From assembly GCA_963706665.1 (NCBI GenBank), contig CAVPNP010000026.1:4678-68677 (forward strand): a stretch of DNA of 64,000 nt. Direction: 5' to 3'. The notes under the pieces are model-generated. The model saw only the letters and a program-made list of their open reading frames with translations. It had not been told where the DNA came from and made no database searches. Positions 9,534-20,817 of the stretch are shown here, one piece after another (the stretch's first letter is position 1; each line of letters begins with the position of its first letter). A program made the position numbers and the translations under genes. The DNA is from an uncultured Alphaproteobacteria bacterium (GTDB lineage Bacteria; Pseudomonadota; Alphaproteobacteria; Rhizobiales; Rhodomicrobiaceae).

Positions 9534-10457
9534 CTAGAAGCGGACCATCAATCCCGTCACCGGACCATGCTGTATGATGTCATATTCATATCTGGTGCGC
9601 CCGGCTCCCTGGATATAGTCCACCTGCAACGCTCTGTAGCCGATATAGCCGGATATAGCGTAGCCCTTCAAATCGAAGAACTGGCGATTATAGGCCGCGA
9701 GCGCGTTCCAGGAGAGCTCACTTCCGACGCCAAAGCCGCCGACATCCGCTCGGATTAACATCTCCTGACCCGGCTCAAATTGGTGCCGCAACCTCACGCC
9801 AAATAAAGGGTCGACCCAATCCACAACGCCCGAGCGCGCAATGGCGCGATTTCCGGAAATGACAAGTCCACCTCTGTCGATGGTGCCGCCAAGGTCAAAA
9901 TTAAGATTGAGATTTTGGTACCAATATCGCGCACCTGCGAGAACATCGAAGGCTGTGAAGCTGCTCACTGCTTGGGGATCCTTGAAGCTTCCGCCATATT
10001 CCCAGCGCGCAACCTCGTAGATGCCGCCTGCCTCAACGACCAATTGCGTGAAATTGCTACCGACTGAGGCCCCGACAGTGCCCGTTGCTCCCCCATTGAA
10101 GGTTTTGATACCGCTCCCCGACAAAGCGAGTTCTGAATAGGCAATGTCATTGTAGAAGGCGAAGGCGCCCTTGCGCGCTTCAAAATAACCGAAATAAGGC
10201 ACGTGAAACAGGTGATCGATCACCTGAAAGGGGTCCACATTCATGCCAACGGTCCGGCCTTTAACTGTCTCGCTGCCATTCAAAAAGACGAGCCAGTTAT
10301 AGTTCGTGAAATCGACGGACCAGCCGCTCGCGATATCGCGGGTTCTGCTGAAGCCTGCGATGGCGGAGATCTTTCCGGGATCGGAACCTGCTGCCGGGGC
10401 GATCGATGCAATGGCAGCGCAAATTGCCAGAACCGCCAAGCTTCTACCGCTCGCCAT
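9534..10457 (-). CDS. Putative outer-membrane beta-barrel protein
   Basis: Signal peptide, amphipathic strands, WVDPLFGVR, RADVGGFG, C-terminal Phe. Confidence 0.7.
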   Translation of the reverse strand: MASGRSLAVLAICAAIASIAPAAGSDPGKISAIAGFSRTRDIASGWSVDFTNYNWLVFLNGSETVKGRTVGMNVDPFQVIDHLFHVPYFGYFEARKGAFAFYNDIAYSELALSGSGIKTFNGGATGTVGASVGSNFTQLVVEAGGIYEVARWEYGGSFKDPQAVSSFTAFDVLAGARYWYQNLNLNFDLGGTIDRGGLVISGNRAIARSGVVDWVDPLFGVRLRHQFEPGQEMLIRADVGGFGVGSELSWNALAAYNRQFFDLKGYAISGYIGYRALQVDYIQGAGRTRYEYDIIQHGPVTGLMVRF

Positions 10458-10652
10458 GCCGCCCTCGAATGGTCAATTTTCATCAACGAAGCCATTAATC
10501 GCGATTCGTCGCTATACGCAATCATAGGTTGCAACAAAATCTATTAAACCTTTAAGCAAATCTCGGCGGCCGTTCTAGCCGAGTGTCAGCGTTGGCGGCA
10601 GCTATCCGCCTAGCTGCACGGCAATTTCTGTTAGCGTCATTGCGCCTGCGCG

Positions 10653-12161
10653 ATGGGAGATCACGCGATGAACCTGCTGACATCATTGGCCGCCTCTTGG
10701 AAATCACGAAATCTTCTCAGCCGAATAGCGCTCCCTGGATTTGCTGGAAGTGCTGTTGCGCTGGCGCTAACGGCTACGGCGCCTCATGCGGAGTCCTTCG
10801 ACGAACAGGAGGCACATGCCATCGGTGTTGAGGCGTATCTCTATTTTTATCCGCTCGTAACGATGGATGTGACGCGAAGGCAGTCCACAAACGCCGAGCC
10901 GGGCAAGGAAATCGCCAAAGGTCCGATGAACACCTTTGTCAATATCCCGGAATACCCGCCGGTAGACATGAAGATGGTTGTGCGGCCGAATTTCGACACG
11001 CTGTATTCTGTCGCGTGGCTGGACCTCACCAAAGAACCGGTGATCGTTTCCGCGCCAGATACGAGCGGCCGCTATTACATGCTCCCGATGCTCGATATGT
11101 GGACGGATGTGTTTGCTTCACCCGGCTGGCGGACAACAGGAACCAAAGCCGCCAATTTCCTCGTTGCGCCGCCAGGTTGGCGCCCTGAGCTTAAAGACAA
11201 ACTCGCCGCTGAATACGGGCTCCCGAAGGACATTCAGCGCATTGATGCTCCAACGCCCTATGTCTGGCTCATAGGCCGGACCAAGACGGACGGCCCAAAG
11301 GACTATGACGCCGTTCATAAAATTCAGGCAGGCTACAAGATTTCGCCGCTGTCCCAATGGGGGAAGACGCCCTCGCCTGTTCCGGCTGCAATTGATCCGT
11401 CCGTCGATATGAAAACGCCCCCGAAGGAGCAAGTCGATCAAATGTCGGCCGGTAAATTCTTCGCATACGCGGCAGACATCATGAAGTTGCAGCCGCCGCA
11501 TCTTACTGATGAGCCTATTGTTGCTCGCATGAAGCGCATCGGCTTGGAACCGGGCAAGAGCTTCGACCTGGACAAGCTCGAACCGAACGTAAAGCGGGCG
11601 TTGGAGAGAGCACCTGCGGATGCGCAAGCCCTCATGAAGTGGAAAATACCAACGCTGGCCCGGGTTGCAAACGGATGGTCGATGAACACCGACACCATGG
11701 GCGTGTACGGAAATTACTATCTGAAGCGCGCGATGGTCGCCCAGTTTGGGCTTGGGGCGAACTTGCCAGAAGACGCCATCTATCCGATAAATCTCACGGA
11801 CGGCGCCGGGAAGCCGCTCGACGGCGCGAACAAATATGCGATCCACTTCGATAAGGACGCGCTGCCGCCGGTGGAAGCCTTTTGGTCCGTGACGCTGTAC
11901 GGTCCAGCAAGCTATCCGGTTCCAAACGCGATGAATCGTTACGCGGTAAGCAGTTGGATGCCGTTCACATACAATCAGGACGGCTCGCTCGATCTCTATT
12001 TCCAGAACGACAATCCGGGAAAAGATAAGGAAAGCAATTGGCTGCCTGCGCCAAAGGGTCCGTTTAACTTGACGATGCGGCTCTATGCGCCGAAATCGGA
12101 CGCGCTTACTGGCAAGTGGAACCCTCCGCCAGTGGCGAAGACGGAAGGCCCGGCCGGTTAG
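10653..12161 (+). CDS. DUF1254/DUF1214 domain exported protein
   Basis: RPNFDTLYSVAWLDL, FWSVTLY, NWLPAP, LTMRLYAP motifs. Confidence 0.9.
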   Translation: MGDHAMNLLTSLAASWKSRNLLSRIALPGFAGSAVALALTATAPHAESFDEQEAHAIGVEAYLYFYPLVTMDVTRRQSTNAEPGKEIAKGPMNTFVNIPEYPPVDMKMVVRPNFDTLYSVAWLDLTKEPVIVSAPDTSGRYYMLPMLDMWTDVFASPGWRTTGTKAANFLVAPPGWRPELKDKLAAEYGLPKDIQRIDAPTPYVWLIGRTKTDGPKDYDAVHKIQAGYKISPLSQWGKTPSPVPAAIDPSVDMKTPPKEQVDQMSAGKFFAYAADIMKLQPPHLTDEPIVARMKRIGLEPGKSFDLDKLEPNVKRALERAPADAQALMKWKIPTLARVANGWSMNTDTMGVYGNYYLKRAMVAQFGLGANLPEDAIYPINLTDGAGKPLDGANKYAIHFDKDALPPVEAFWSVTLYGPASYPVPNAMNRYAVSSWMPFTYNQDGSLDLYFQNDNPGKDKESNWLPAPKGPFNLTMRLYAPKSDALTGKWNPPPVAKTEGPAG

Positions 12162-12252
12162 TTCAGCGACGCCTTCGGACAATTTCGTCGTGGGTTATTA
12201 TAGGCGATCAGCTTGAAGCGTCGGGGTGGCCCGATCAGCGGCTTTTGCGATG

Positions 12253-12345
12253 CTGGATTGCTTCCGGCCAGCTTTGCTGGCCCTCGCAATGACGGCCCTT
12301 GCAGCGTCATCGCGAAGTGGCAACGCCGCTGTGGCGATCCAGGGT
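12253..12345. repeat. REP-like repeat units (two half-units back to back)
   Basis: CTGGATTGCTTC...CTCGCAATGACG then CGTCATCGCGA...GTGGCGATCCAG; same family as the IS110-interrupted copy; between convergent genes. Confidence 0.7.
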
Positions 12346-12386
12346 TTCTTATTTGCAGGGCCCGTTACTTTAGCGAAGTGCCTCAC

Positions 12387-12632
12387 TCACACCCGCGTTT
12401 GCTTCGATACTTCCAAAAGGACGCCTGCGACGCTTTCAAGATGTTCGATCGTGCGACGCAGCCCGCCGTGAACGTCCAGCATTTCGACCGTTAGCGCATC
12501 GATCTTGCGGCCTTGCTCTGCCTGCGTTTTCTCCGCATCGCTAAGCTTAACCTCCAAGGCATCGAACCTTGTCCTCATCTCGCTACGCATCTCGCGCAGC
12601 ATCCGCTCAATGTAATCGCCATTTTGCGTCAT
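12387..12632 (-). CDS. Small coiled-coil hypothetical protein
   Basis: 81 aa heptad-rich ORF, AGGT upstream of ATG. Confidence 0.55.
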   Translation of the reverse strand: MTQNGDYIERMLREMRSEMRTRFDALEVKLSDAEKTQAEQGRKIDALTVEMLDVHGGLRRTIEHLESVAGVLLEVSKQTRV

Positions 12633-12685
12633 GAGATGACTTTACCTGCTTTACGGGTCCTTTCGCAACATATGTCTTTTGACAG

Positions 12686-13819
12686 TCACCACCCATTAAA
12701 GCGCGGCCAAACGGCCTGCACCGACCGGGTTTCATTCACCACCACATAGCGGTCATGCTGCGCGGCAGTCGCGCAAGCATGGTTTGGCAAAATGCGAACC
12801 ATGGCCCCAACGGGCAGATCAGGGATCACGGCACCACTGCCGGGTCTCACGGCCAGAATTCCGTGCTCCTGGTTTGCTTGCAGCATCACAAGATCGGGGT
12901 AAGGCGTTCCATCAATGTCGCAGACAACGCCGTAATATTGATCGACAGGCTGCTTTTGTGTGCCCCGGTCGCGCGACATGGCCATCCAGCCCGCGTCAAC
13001 GATGATCCAGCCGCGAGACCTTTGGTGCCCGATGACGCTCGCGAGAACGCTAATCGCGATATCGTCCTGTCCGCAAACGCCGATCCCAGCCATAACAAGA
13101 TCGAAGAAGATATAAACACCGGCGCGGACTTCGGTCACGCCGGTCAGATCGCGGGCGAAATGCGCGGTAGGGGTCGAGCCGACGCTAACAACTGGGCAAG
13201 GAAGGCCCGCTGCTCGCAAATTGTTCGCGGCTGTGACGGCGCCCTTCCGTTCAAGTTCGGCTGATGCCGTTAACGCCTCTTCGCTGAACGCGCCGTAAGA
13301 GCTACCGGCGTGCGTTATCACCCCAGCGAGCGTCGCACCACCCTCCGCTAGGATGCGGCCAATCGCGACAAGATCCGGATCATCCGGAGCGAGCCCCGAG
13401 CGATGGCCATCCGTATCGATTTCAAGAAGGACGGGGACCGCGTCCGCTCGCTGGCTCGCCTCCGCCGCCACACGCGACGCCATTTCAGCATTGTCGAGAA
13501 TGACGGAGAGATTGGCGCCCCTGCTGCGCATGTCGAAGACATGGTCGAGCTTATTAGGAGACAAGCCGACCGCATAAAGAATGTCTCGAACGCCATGGGC
13601 GAGGAGATATTCCGCCTCTTTAAGCGTAGAAACGGTCGCGGGGCCAGTTGACGCGCCAAGCATCACTCGAAAAGCTTCAATGCATTTCGGGGTCTTGAAG
13701 TGAGGGCGAAAGCTCACCGGAAACTGGCTGAGCCTTTTCCGCAATTTTTCGGCATTTTGTCGCATCCGCCCTTCCTCAAGCAAGAGGCACGGCGTCTCTA
13801 AGAGATCGATAGAAGCCAT
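12686..13819 (-). CDS. DSD1-family PLP-dependent enzyme (D-serine dehydratase / D-threonine aldolase-like)
   Basis: RPHFKT PLP-lysine motif, GSTPT, EVRAGVYIFFD, ILPNHACAT. Confidence 0.9.
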   Translation of the reverse strand: MASIDLLETPCLLLEEGRMRQNAEKLRKRLSQFPVSFRPHFKTPKCIEAFRVMLGASTGPATVSTLKEAEYLLAHGVRDILYAVGLSPNKLDHVFDMRSRGANLSVILDNAEMASRVAAEASQRADAVPVLLEIDTDGHRSGLAPDDPDLVAIGRILAEGGATLAGVITHAGSSYGAFSEEALTASAELERKGAVTAANNLRAAGLPCPVVSVGSTPTAHFARDLTGVTEVRAGVYIFFDLVMAGIGVCGQDDIAISVLASVIGHQRSRGWIIVDAGWMAMSRDRGTQKQPVDQYYGVVCDIDGTPYPDLVMLQANQEHGILAVRPGSGAVIPDLPVGAMVRILPNHACATAAQHDRYVVVNETRSVQAVWPRFNGW

Positions 13820-14009
13820 TGAATTTGCAGAGCTTTCTTAATTCCAAAGGAAAAACTTCCGCATTTGACTACAAGAAAACATGGTGTGCAACGCATCTGT
13901 TTATGGTGCAATGCACAAAAAAGGCTCTTATCTTATACAGCTGAGTCGGCCGCTCAGCCCCGAACGGTTCCATTGTCGCTTCGTTCCTCTCAGAGCTGAA
14001 AAAAGTCTC

Positions 14010-15023
14010 ATGGCAACCAAGCCTCGCCTCCGCAGCTTTCCGAGCCTTGGACCACACGGTTTTCATCAGGTCGCCTACACGGAGTGGGGCGATCCAAATT
14101 GCCAGCACATCGTGTTCTGCGTCCACGGGCTAACGCGTAATAGCCGCGATTTCGATATGCTGGCTGCGAACCTCGCAAATCGCTGCCGTGTCATTTGCAT
14201 GGACGTGGTGGGCCGTGGCGCCAGCGAATGGCTGTCCCACAAATCCGACTACTCCTTCTCGCTTTATCTATCCGATGCTGCCGCGCTTCTCGCCCGTGTG
14301 ACCGCGCCTACGCCTGAAAACCGCTTGAGGCGAGTGCTTGGCCGTTCGTCGCGCGCTCGCAAGCGCCGCGTGGATTGGGTGGGAACGTCAATGGGCGGCC
14401 TCATGGGCATTATGCTCGCGGCAAAGCGAAATTCGCCCATCCGGCGCCTGGTTTTGAACGATGTCGGCCCTTTGGTTCCTTGGGCAGGCTTGGCGCGGCT
14501 TAAAAACACTCACGCGGACCACAATAAGAAATTTGCCGATCTCGGCGAGGTGGAGCGTCATTTGCGTGAGGTATGCGCGCCATTCGGCCCGCTGGACGAT
14601 GCACAATGGCGGCATGTCGCGCAGCATGGCGCCACGCGAAAGGGTGATGGCTCATATGTCCTTGCCTACGACCCGGCGATTGTCAGCAATTTGCGTGGAG
14701 GTTCCATTGCCGGGATCGACTTCGGCAAAGATTTCTTTCGTGGGGTTGACCTTTGGCCCATGTGGGACGCCGTAAAGTGTCCAACGCTGGCTCTGCGCGG
14801 GGCGCAGTCCGATCTGCTTCTGCCAGCAACAGCGTTGGAAATGAAATTTCGCGGACCAAGGGCGCGCGTTGCCGAATTTCCAGGCATTGGGCACGCGCCG
14901 TGGCTCATGAGCGACGATCAAATTGGCATCGTCCGCGAGTTTCTCCTTTGCAAAAAGCTGGAGCCAACAACGCAAAGTCAGCCTGACGCACCCAAGTCCA
15001 AATTCAGGTCCGCATATCTATAG
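14010..15023 (+). CDS. Alpha/beta hydrolase
   Basis: HGLTRN, GTSMGG nucleophile elbow, GHAP catalytic His. Confidence 0.85.
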   Translation: MATKPRLRSFPSLGPHGFHQVAYTEWGDPNCQHIVFCVHGLTRNSRDFDMLAANLANRCRVICMDVVGRGASEWLSHKSDYSFSLYLSDAAALLARVTAPTPENRLRRVLGRSSRARKRRVDWVGTSMGGLMGIMLAAKRNSPIRRLVLNDVGPLVPWAGLARLKNTHADHNKKFADLGEVERHLREVCAPFGPLDDAQWRHVAQHGATRKGDGSYVLAYDPAIVSNLRGGSIAGIDFGKDFFRGVDLWPMWDAVKCPTLALRGAQSDLLLPATALEMKFRGPRARVAEFPGIGHAPWLMSDDQIGIVREFLLCKKLEPTTQSQPDAPKSKFRSAYL

Positions 15024-15106
15024 CTGCGCTGGGGCCGACGCCCTTTCCATCCCAGCTCCATCTGTGCCATTCTCTCTCAAAAAACAAACATCAACGGGAG
15101 GGGAAT

Positions 15107-16498
15107 ATGGGATCTTTTTCACGCAGAGATTGTCTAAAGTTTGCTGGGGCGGCACTGGCAGCAACGGCGCTATCACGTCAGGCTCAAGCTGCTATGGGAC
15201 CGGATGATAAGTTCGACCTAGTCATCAAAGGCGGCGAGGTCATTGACCCGAGCCAGTCGCTTCGCGGAAAGCGCGACATCGGCATACGCTGGGGCCGCAT
15301 CGAGGCGATTGAGACTGACATTCCGGCGGCGCGGGCTCTCCGCATGATCGACGCAAGCGGCCGGATCGTGACGCCCGGTCTCGTCGACCTCCACGCTCAT
15401 GTCTATCCTTATGGTTCCGCGATTGGCCTTCCGGCGGACGAGACCGTGCCTTATCAGTGCGTGACGACCGTGGTTTCGGCAGGCGATGCAGGCGCCAACA
15501 ACTTTGCCGCTTTGCGCCGCCATATCGCAGCGCAGACCCGCACGCGCATGTATGCTTTTGTGCATATCGCAAATAACGGGCTCTCAGCGGCCCCGGTTTC
15601 CGAGCTTTATAACATCGATAATGCGCAAGTGGACGCCTGCGCGATGACGCTTGCGGAAAATCCAGACTTCGCCCTCGGCGTGAAAGTGCGCATGTCGGAA
15701 AATGTGATCTTCAAGCATGGCCTCGAACCGCTTAAGCGCTCCATCCAGGCTTGCGAGCGCTCGGGCGTGAAAGGCGCCAAGGTGATGGCTCATATCGGCG
15801 GAGTGGCAACGCCCGCGCTAATGAGCGAGATTTTGAACACGCTGCGGCCAGGAGATATTCTCACCCATGCCTATTCCGGCGCGCCAAACATTGCGGGAGC
15901 CTTCACCAACATAGTTCAGGACGGCAAGTTGCTGCCCGCCGCCATCGAAGCGAAGAAGCGCGGGGTGGTTTTCGATGTGGGGCATGGCGGCGCAAGCTTC
16001 GATTTCACAGTCGCAGAAGCTGCTCTGGCGGGAGGCTGCGGACCGGATACGATTTCATCCGACCTGCACGCCGTTTCTGGTAACACGCCTGGCATGCCAT
16101 TCCTGCCATGGGTGATGAGCAAGTTCATGGCGCTCGGCTTTTCCCTGGAGGATGTCATTGCGAAGGCCACGGTAAAGTCTGCACAAGTCATTGACCGCAC
16201 TCCGAAACTCGGCACCGTGCAGCTTGGCGCTCCGGGCGATGTCTCCATAATGGAACTCGTAGAAGGGCCGGTGACGCTCGTCGATACGCGGGGCAACAAG
16301 CGGGAAGGCAAGGCCTATTTAAAGGCGGCCCAGACTGTGAATAATGGCGTGCCATTTGGCAAGCCCTATCCAGCAGCCTTTCTCCGCCAACTAGAGCGGC
16401 AATTCTCGCCGGAGAGGCGACGGGGGGCGCATAGCGACGAGCTATTGAAGTCGCCCCCTGTTATTAGAAAGCAACACAGCCGCAAATTCCCCTGTTGA
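15107..16498 (+). CDS. Tat-exported amidohydrolase/deacetylase (dihydroorotase-like); true end may be near 16394
   Basis: SRRDCLK Tat signal, PGLVDLHAH, DVGHG, ISSDLH; tail after PYPAAF looks like read-through from an indel. Confidence 0.8.
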   Translation: MGSFSRRDCLKFAGAALAATALSRQAQAAMGPDDKFDLVIKGGEVIDPSQSLRGKRDIGIRWGRIEAIETDIPAARALRMIDASGRIVTPGLVDLHAHVYPYGSAIGLPADETVPYQCVTTVVSAGDAGANNFAALRRHIAAQTRTRMYAFVHIANNGLSAAPVSELYNIDNAQVDACAMTLAENPDFALGVKVRMSENVIFKHGLEPLKRSIQACERSGVKGAKVMAHIGGVATPALMSEILNTLRPGDILTHAYSGAPNIAGAFTNIVQDGKLLPAAIEAKKRGVVFDVGHGGASFDFTVAEAALAGGCGPDTISSDLHAVSGNTPGMPFLPWVMSKFMALGFSLEDVIAKATVKSAQVIDRTPKLGTVQLGAPGDVSIMELVEGPVTLVDTRGNKREGKAYLKAAQTVNNGVPFGKPYPAAFLRQLERQFSPERRRGAHSDELLKSPPVIRKQHSRKFPC

Positions 16499-16570
16499 AA
16501 ACAACGCAATCTATGGTTGCGTCATTTTTCAACCGATACAACACCTCTGGTTGCAGAGGAGTGCCATTGC

Positions 16571-18617
16571 ATGGGCTTGTATCGACCGGAGATAGACGGC
16601 TTGCGCGCCGTCGCGATCGTTTCCGTAATTCTTTTTCACACCGGCAGCTCGATCTTTTCGGGCGGCTATGTGGGCGTCGATATTTTCTTCGTAATATCTG
16701 GTTTTTTGATCACATCGATTATTCTGAATGAGCAAAAACAAGGGCAGTTTTCATTTTTAGCATTTTATGAAAGAAGAGCGCGCCGCATACTTCCTGCCAT
16801 TTTTTTCATGGTCGCGTGTATAACGCCGATATGCTTTGCATTTATGCTTCCCAGGGATTTGATCGAGTATGGGAAGCTGCTCATATACACGGTATTATTC
16901 GGCGCAAATTTCAGACTTGCGGGCACCCCATCCTATTTTGCTACGTCTAGCCATGAAAATCCGCTCCTTCATATGTGGTCTCTCGCCGTTGAGGAGCAGT
17001 TTTATCTAATTTGGCCTGCGCTTTTATTAGTTCTTCTGACTTTTTCCACTCGTAAGCAGACACGACATCTCACAATTGGCCTCCTTATTCTGTCGCTCGC
17101 TATATCGACGGTGCTGGTTTGGCTCCTGCCGCGCAGCGCCTTCTACCATCTGCCGTCGCGGGGATGGGAGCTGCTCACCGGAGCGGTTCTTGCCATGGGT
17201 TTGGTGCCGCCCGTGAAGCGACGGCTTACGGCCGAAGCCATCGCGGCGGCCGGGCTTGCCCTGATGGTGGCCCCCGTGTTGACCTTCAACGAGAATACGC
17301 CATTCCCAGGGCCAGCCGCTATCCCGCCAGTCTTGGGCTGCGCGATGTTTATTCATGCGGCAACTTTCTTTGAGACGCGCGTGGGGGCAATCTTGAAGGC
17401 AAAGCCGGTCGTTTTTATCGGTCTCATCTCCTATTCGCTCTATCTTTGGCATTGGCCGCTGATGGCGATGAGCCGGTATCTTTTATTGATGCCGCTATCG
17501 AAATTGGAGATGGCTGCCATCGTTGCCGTAGCGGCGGTGATGAGTGTGATTTCCTGGCGTTTTGTAGAAACGCCATTCCGCCATCGGCAAACGCCCCTCG
17601 CGGCGGCAACCACCGGGGAGCCGGTGAAATTGGGGCGTCTCGCCTATATCGCAGTGGGAATAACAGCGGTTTTCGTGGCTTCCGGCAGCTTTTTTCAAGA
17701 AAGCCGCGGCGCTCCTTGGCGGTTAGCTCCGAATGTGCAAGCCATGCTGGAGGAGAAAAAAAGTCCGCTGCACGATCTCTGCAAGCAAAGCCGTCAACTC
17801 TCGTCGGGACTTATAGAGTGTAAGTCAAGTTCTTCTGGAGATGGCGCTGGCGAATTTGTGATGTGGGGAGACTCCCACGCTGATCACTACTTTCCCGGGA
17901 CCGTAGCCGCCCTTGGCGATGGCACGATACTGAAAAAGCCTGGATGCTCGCCGCTTATGGGCGTCAGTCTAACTTATGGGAACGGAAAGCTGCTCGATGA
18001 TACATGCGAAGCCTCGAAGCAAATCGCCTTAGCACGCATAGAAGAGCTGAAGCCTAAAATGGTAATTTTAGCGGGGCGGTGGTTCACCGCAGACAGAGCC
18101 GATTATGTCTTGATGGAGAGGCCTAAATACTTTCTCAAGCGCAAAGAGGAAAATTTCTCTCATTGCAAAAGACACGCGAAAACCTTGCAATAGGTTTTCT
18201 TGCAGACAATAAGGCAGCTCAAAACGATGGGTGTAAAGGTCGCAGTGCTTGGGCAAGTTCCAGAACTAGCCTATGACGTGCAAAAATGCACAGCTCTGTC
18301 TTATACACTTTATTCGGGCAACAAATCGAGATGCGCATCCGTGAGAAAAGGCGACGTTCAAGCCGCTCTGCTTCCTGGTTTAAATATTTTCGCAGAGAAT
18401 CCAAAGAAAAAATCCTGATGTATCTTTTTACTCACCCCTTGATGAGCTTTGCGATCAACAGCTGTGCCACGGAGAACGAAACGGAAAGATTTTATATTTC
18501 GATCAGAACCATCTCAATCAGGATGGCTCTCTCTACCTGGCGAACTCAATAAGAAAAGGTCTTCAGGATATTCGCACGCCCGAAGTCAAGACCGTCAATC
18601 TGGAACGGACAGACTGA
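16571..18617 (+). CDS. Acyltransferase-3 plus SGNH O-acyltransferase (OafA/YrhL-like), frameshifted near 18160 and 18410
   Basis: YRPEIDGLRA, GVDIFFVISGFLI, HMWSLAVEEQFY, WGDSHA, and FDQNH (DxxH) in a downstream frame that stops at 18617. Confidence 0.85.
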
Positions 18618-18625
18618 GATATATC

Positions 18626-20689
18626 CTACTTCGCCAATTCGTTCACGATGCGATCCGCGTGATAAACCTTGGTCAGTGCTTCGCGCATAGCGCCAACGCT
18701 GACCGAAATCGCACGGTTTGCCGTGCCATCATAGCCATAGTCACCGCCCAGCGATTGTATGTTGCCGTCGAAAATCAGCCCAACGACCTCGCCCGCTTTG
18801 TTGATGACGGGAGACCCCGAATTGCCGCCGATAATATCGTTCGTCGACGCGAAATTCATTGATTGCTGCATGTTCAGAACAGGCTTCGCGGCGATCCAGC
18901 TCTCGGGTAATTTATAGGGGTCCGCTCCCGTAGCGCGTTCGAACAGGCCGGCGATATAGGTGATGGGGTAAATTTCCTTCCCGTCCTGCAGATAACCCTT
19001 CACCGTTCCATAGGAAACGCGCAGCGTGAAAGTCGCGTCCGGATAAATGGATGTGCCGTAGACCTTGAACCGGGCGCGCGCGATTTGCGCTTCATATTTC
19101 GTCAGAAGAGATCCAACATTGTCTTCATAATCTTTGCGCACCGCCCGAAAATCGGGATCAACGAGGCGCGCCATTTCAATCATCGGGTCCGTCGATGCAG
19201 CGATGGCCGCTTGCCCGCCAGCGAGCAACTTCGCGCGCATGCCAGCATCGCCTAGTTTCGTCCCGTCTATGAGTTCGGTGGCAAGTTGCTCCGGCGATTT
19301 CTTTCCCAATACTTTTTTAACGAACGGATCGTCTGGTCCCAACTCTTCACGAAGCTTCGTGAGCGCGAATGTCAGATTGAGCTTTTCAAGTTCTGGATAA
19401 AGGGGAACTTGCGCCGTGAGAGACTGCTTCACGGCGGGAAAATTTGCGTCGGTATATTCTGGCAGGCGCTTCTCGTCCGGCTTTGCAACTTCAGCCGGGT
19501 AGCGCAGCAAGGCCAGGGCGTAGCCAAACAGCCGCGTGTCAAAGCTGCGACCACCTTCAGTGTAACGGTAGCGCGTTCGCTTCGTCCGCCAGCGATTGAG
19601 GATATCACGTATGTTGTCCCACGCAGCGCCAGCTTCCGCCTTCAATTCCGGATCAGCCTCAACCTTGGCGCGCAGATCATTCTCGGCTTTAGCTCGCGCT
19701 TTGATCAGAGCAGGATCAATGAGCGCCTCCAGCCTGCCTTTTCTTGCTTTGAGGCCATTTTCGACGCCAAAAAGCGAATTGGCCGCAATCCTCGCTTCCT
19801 CCGCGCCCTTCGTGGAAAACTCAGTCAGTTGGCCGCGCAACTCGGAAGCGGTGAACAGATCGCTGGGCATCGTGTCCCGCGCAAATTCTAGTTGCGCTAC
19901 AGTGCTGAGCCGTTCGGTCGATCCTGGATGGCCTACTGTGAAGGTTAGATCGCCAGGCTCAACATCTTTTGCAGCATAGTGGAAATAATTGGCAGATGTA
20001 TCGAGCGGTTTTCCGGCCTCATACACCCGCATATAGCTAACGTCCAGGTCATAACGCGGGAATTCGAAATTATCAGGATTGCCGCCGAAGAATGCAATCG
20101 CCCTCTCGGGCGCAAAGACAAGACGGACATCCTGATAGCGGCGGTATTTGTACAGATTATAAATGCCACCATTATAAAGCTCGACAACATCGCAGCGAAC
20201 CGTTTCATCGCCTCCGGTGCATTCACGCGCGATAGCGGCTTCGATTGCTTTCTTGGCCTCTGCGAAAGCTGCCCCCTCCTTACCGGACAGCGCGGCTTGC
20301 ACCCGCGCGGTTACATCACTGATCGCCGTGAGTTGATTTGCTTCCACATTCGGGCATTTAACTTCGTCTTTTTCTTCCTTGGCGTAGAAACCCAAGGCTT
20401 GAAGATCACGCTCCTTCGATGAAAGTTGATCGATGCACTGCCTCGCGCAGTGATGGTTCGTTTGCACGAGGCCGCGAGCCGACACAAAACCGGCGGAGCA
20501 TCCGCGCGCGAGCCGCACCGATGATAGGCGCACATGGTCGAGCCACTCCTGGGTTGGCCTGAATCCATAGGCCTTCTCTAATTGCTCTGCCGGGAAGTTA
20601 TTGAGCGGCCACATCCCCTCTTCGGCCCCCGCAGCCGAATACAGTGCCACCGGCAGCATGACGATTATCGCTATTTTCAGTAAACGCAT
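18626..20689 (-). CDS. S46-family dipeptidyl peptidase
   Basis: EEGMWP, TNHHC, YPDATFTLR, DIIGGNSGSP, GLIFDGN. Confidence 0.92.
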   Translation of the reverse strand: MRLLKIAIIVMLPVALYSAAGAEEGMWPLNNFPAEQLEKAYGFRPTQEWLDHVRLSSVRLARGCSAGFVSARGLVQTNHHCARQCIDQLSSKERDLQALGFYAKEEKDEVKCPNVEANQLTAISDVTARVQAALSGKEGAAFAEAKKAIEAAIARECTGGDETVRCDVVELYNGGIYNLYKYRRYQDVRLVFAPERAIAFFGGNPDNFEFPRYDLDVSYMRVYEAGKPLDTSANYFHYAAKDVEPGDLTFTVGHPGSTERLSTVAQLEFARDTMPSDLFTASELRGQLTEFSTKGAEEARIAANSLFGVENGLKARKGRLEALIDPALIKARAKAENDLRAKVEADPELKAEAGAAWDNIRDILNRWRTKRTRYRYTEGGRSFDTRLFGYALALLRYPAEVAKPDEKRLPEYTDANFPAVKQSLTAQVPLYPELEKLNLTFALTKLREELGPDDPFVKKVLGKKSPEQLATELIDGTKLGDAGMRAKLLAGGQAAIAASTDPMIEMARLVDPDFRAVRKDYEDNVGSLLTKYEAQIARARFKVYGTSIYPDATFTLRVSYGTVKGYLQDGKEIYPITYIAGLFERATGADPYKLPESWIAAKPVLNMQQSMNFASTNDIIGGNSGSPVINKAGEVVGLIFDGNIQSLGGDYGYDGTANRAISVSVGAMREALTKVYHADRIVNELAK

Positions 20690-20817
20690 GGCAATGACAC
20701 CCTAGCAGATGCGGCCCTGTTGAACGGGGAGACGCGACGCCCAACATCGGAAGAGCCTATATATTTGGCTTTTCTATAGCTGTAGGAACACTAATAAAGC
20801 CGAAAGCGCGGATTGAA

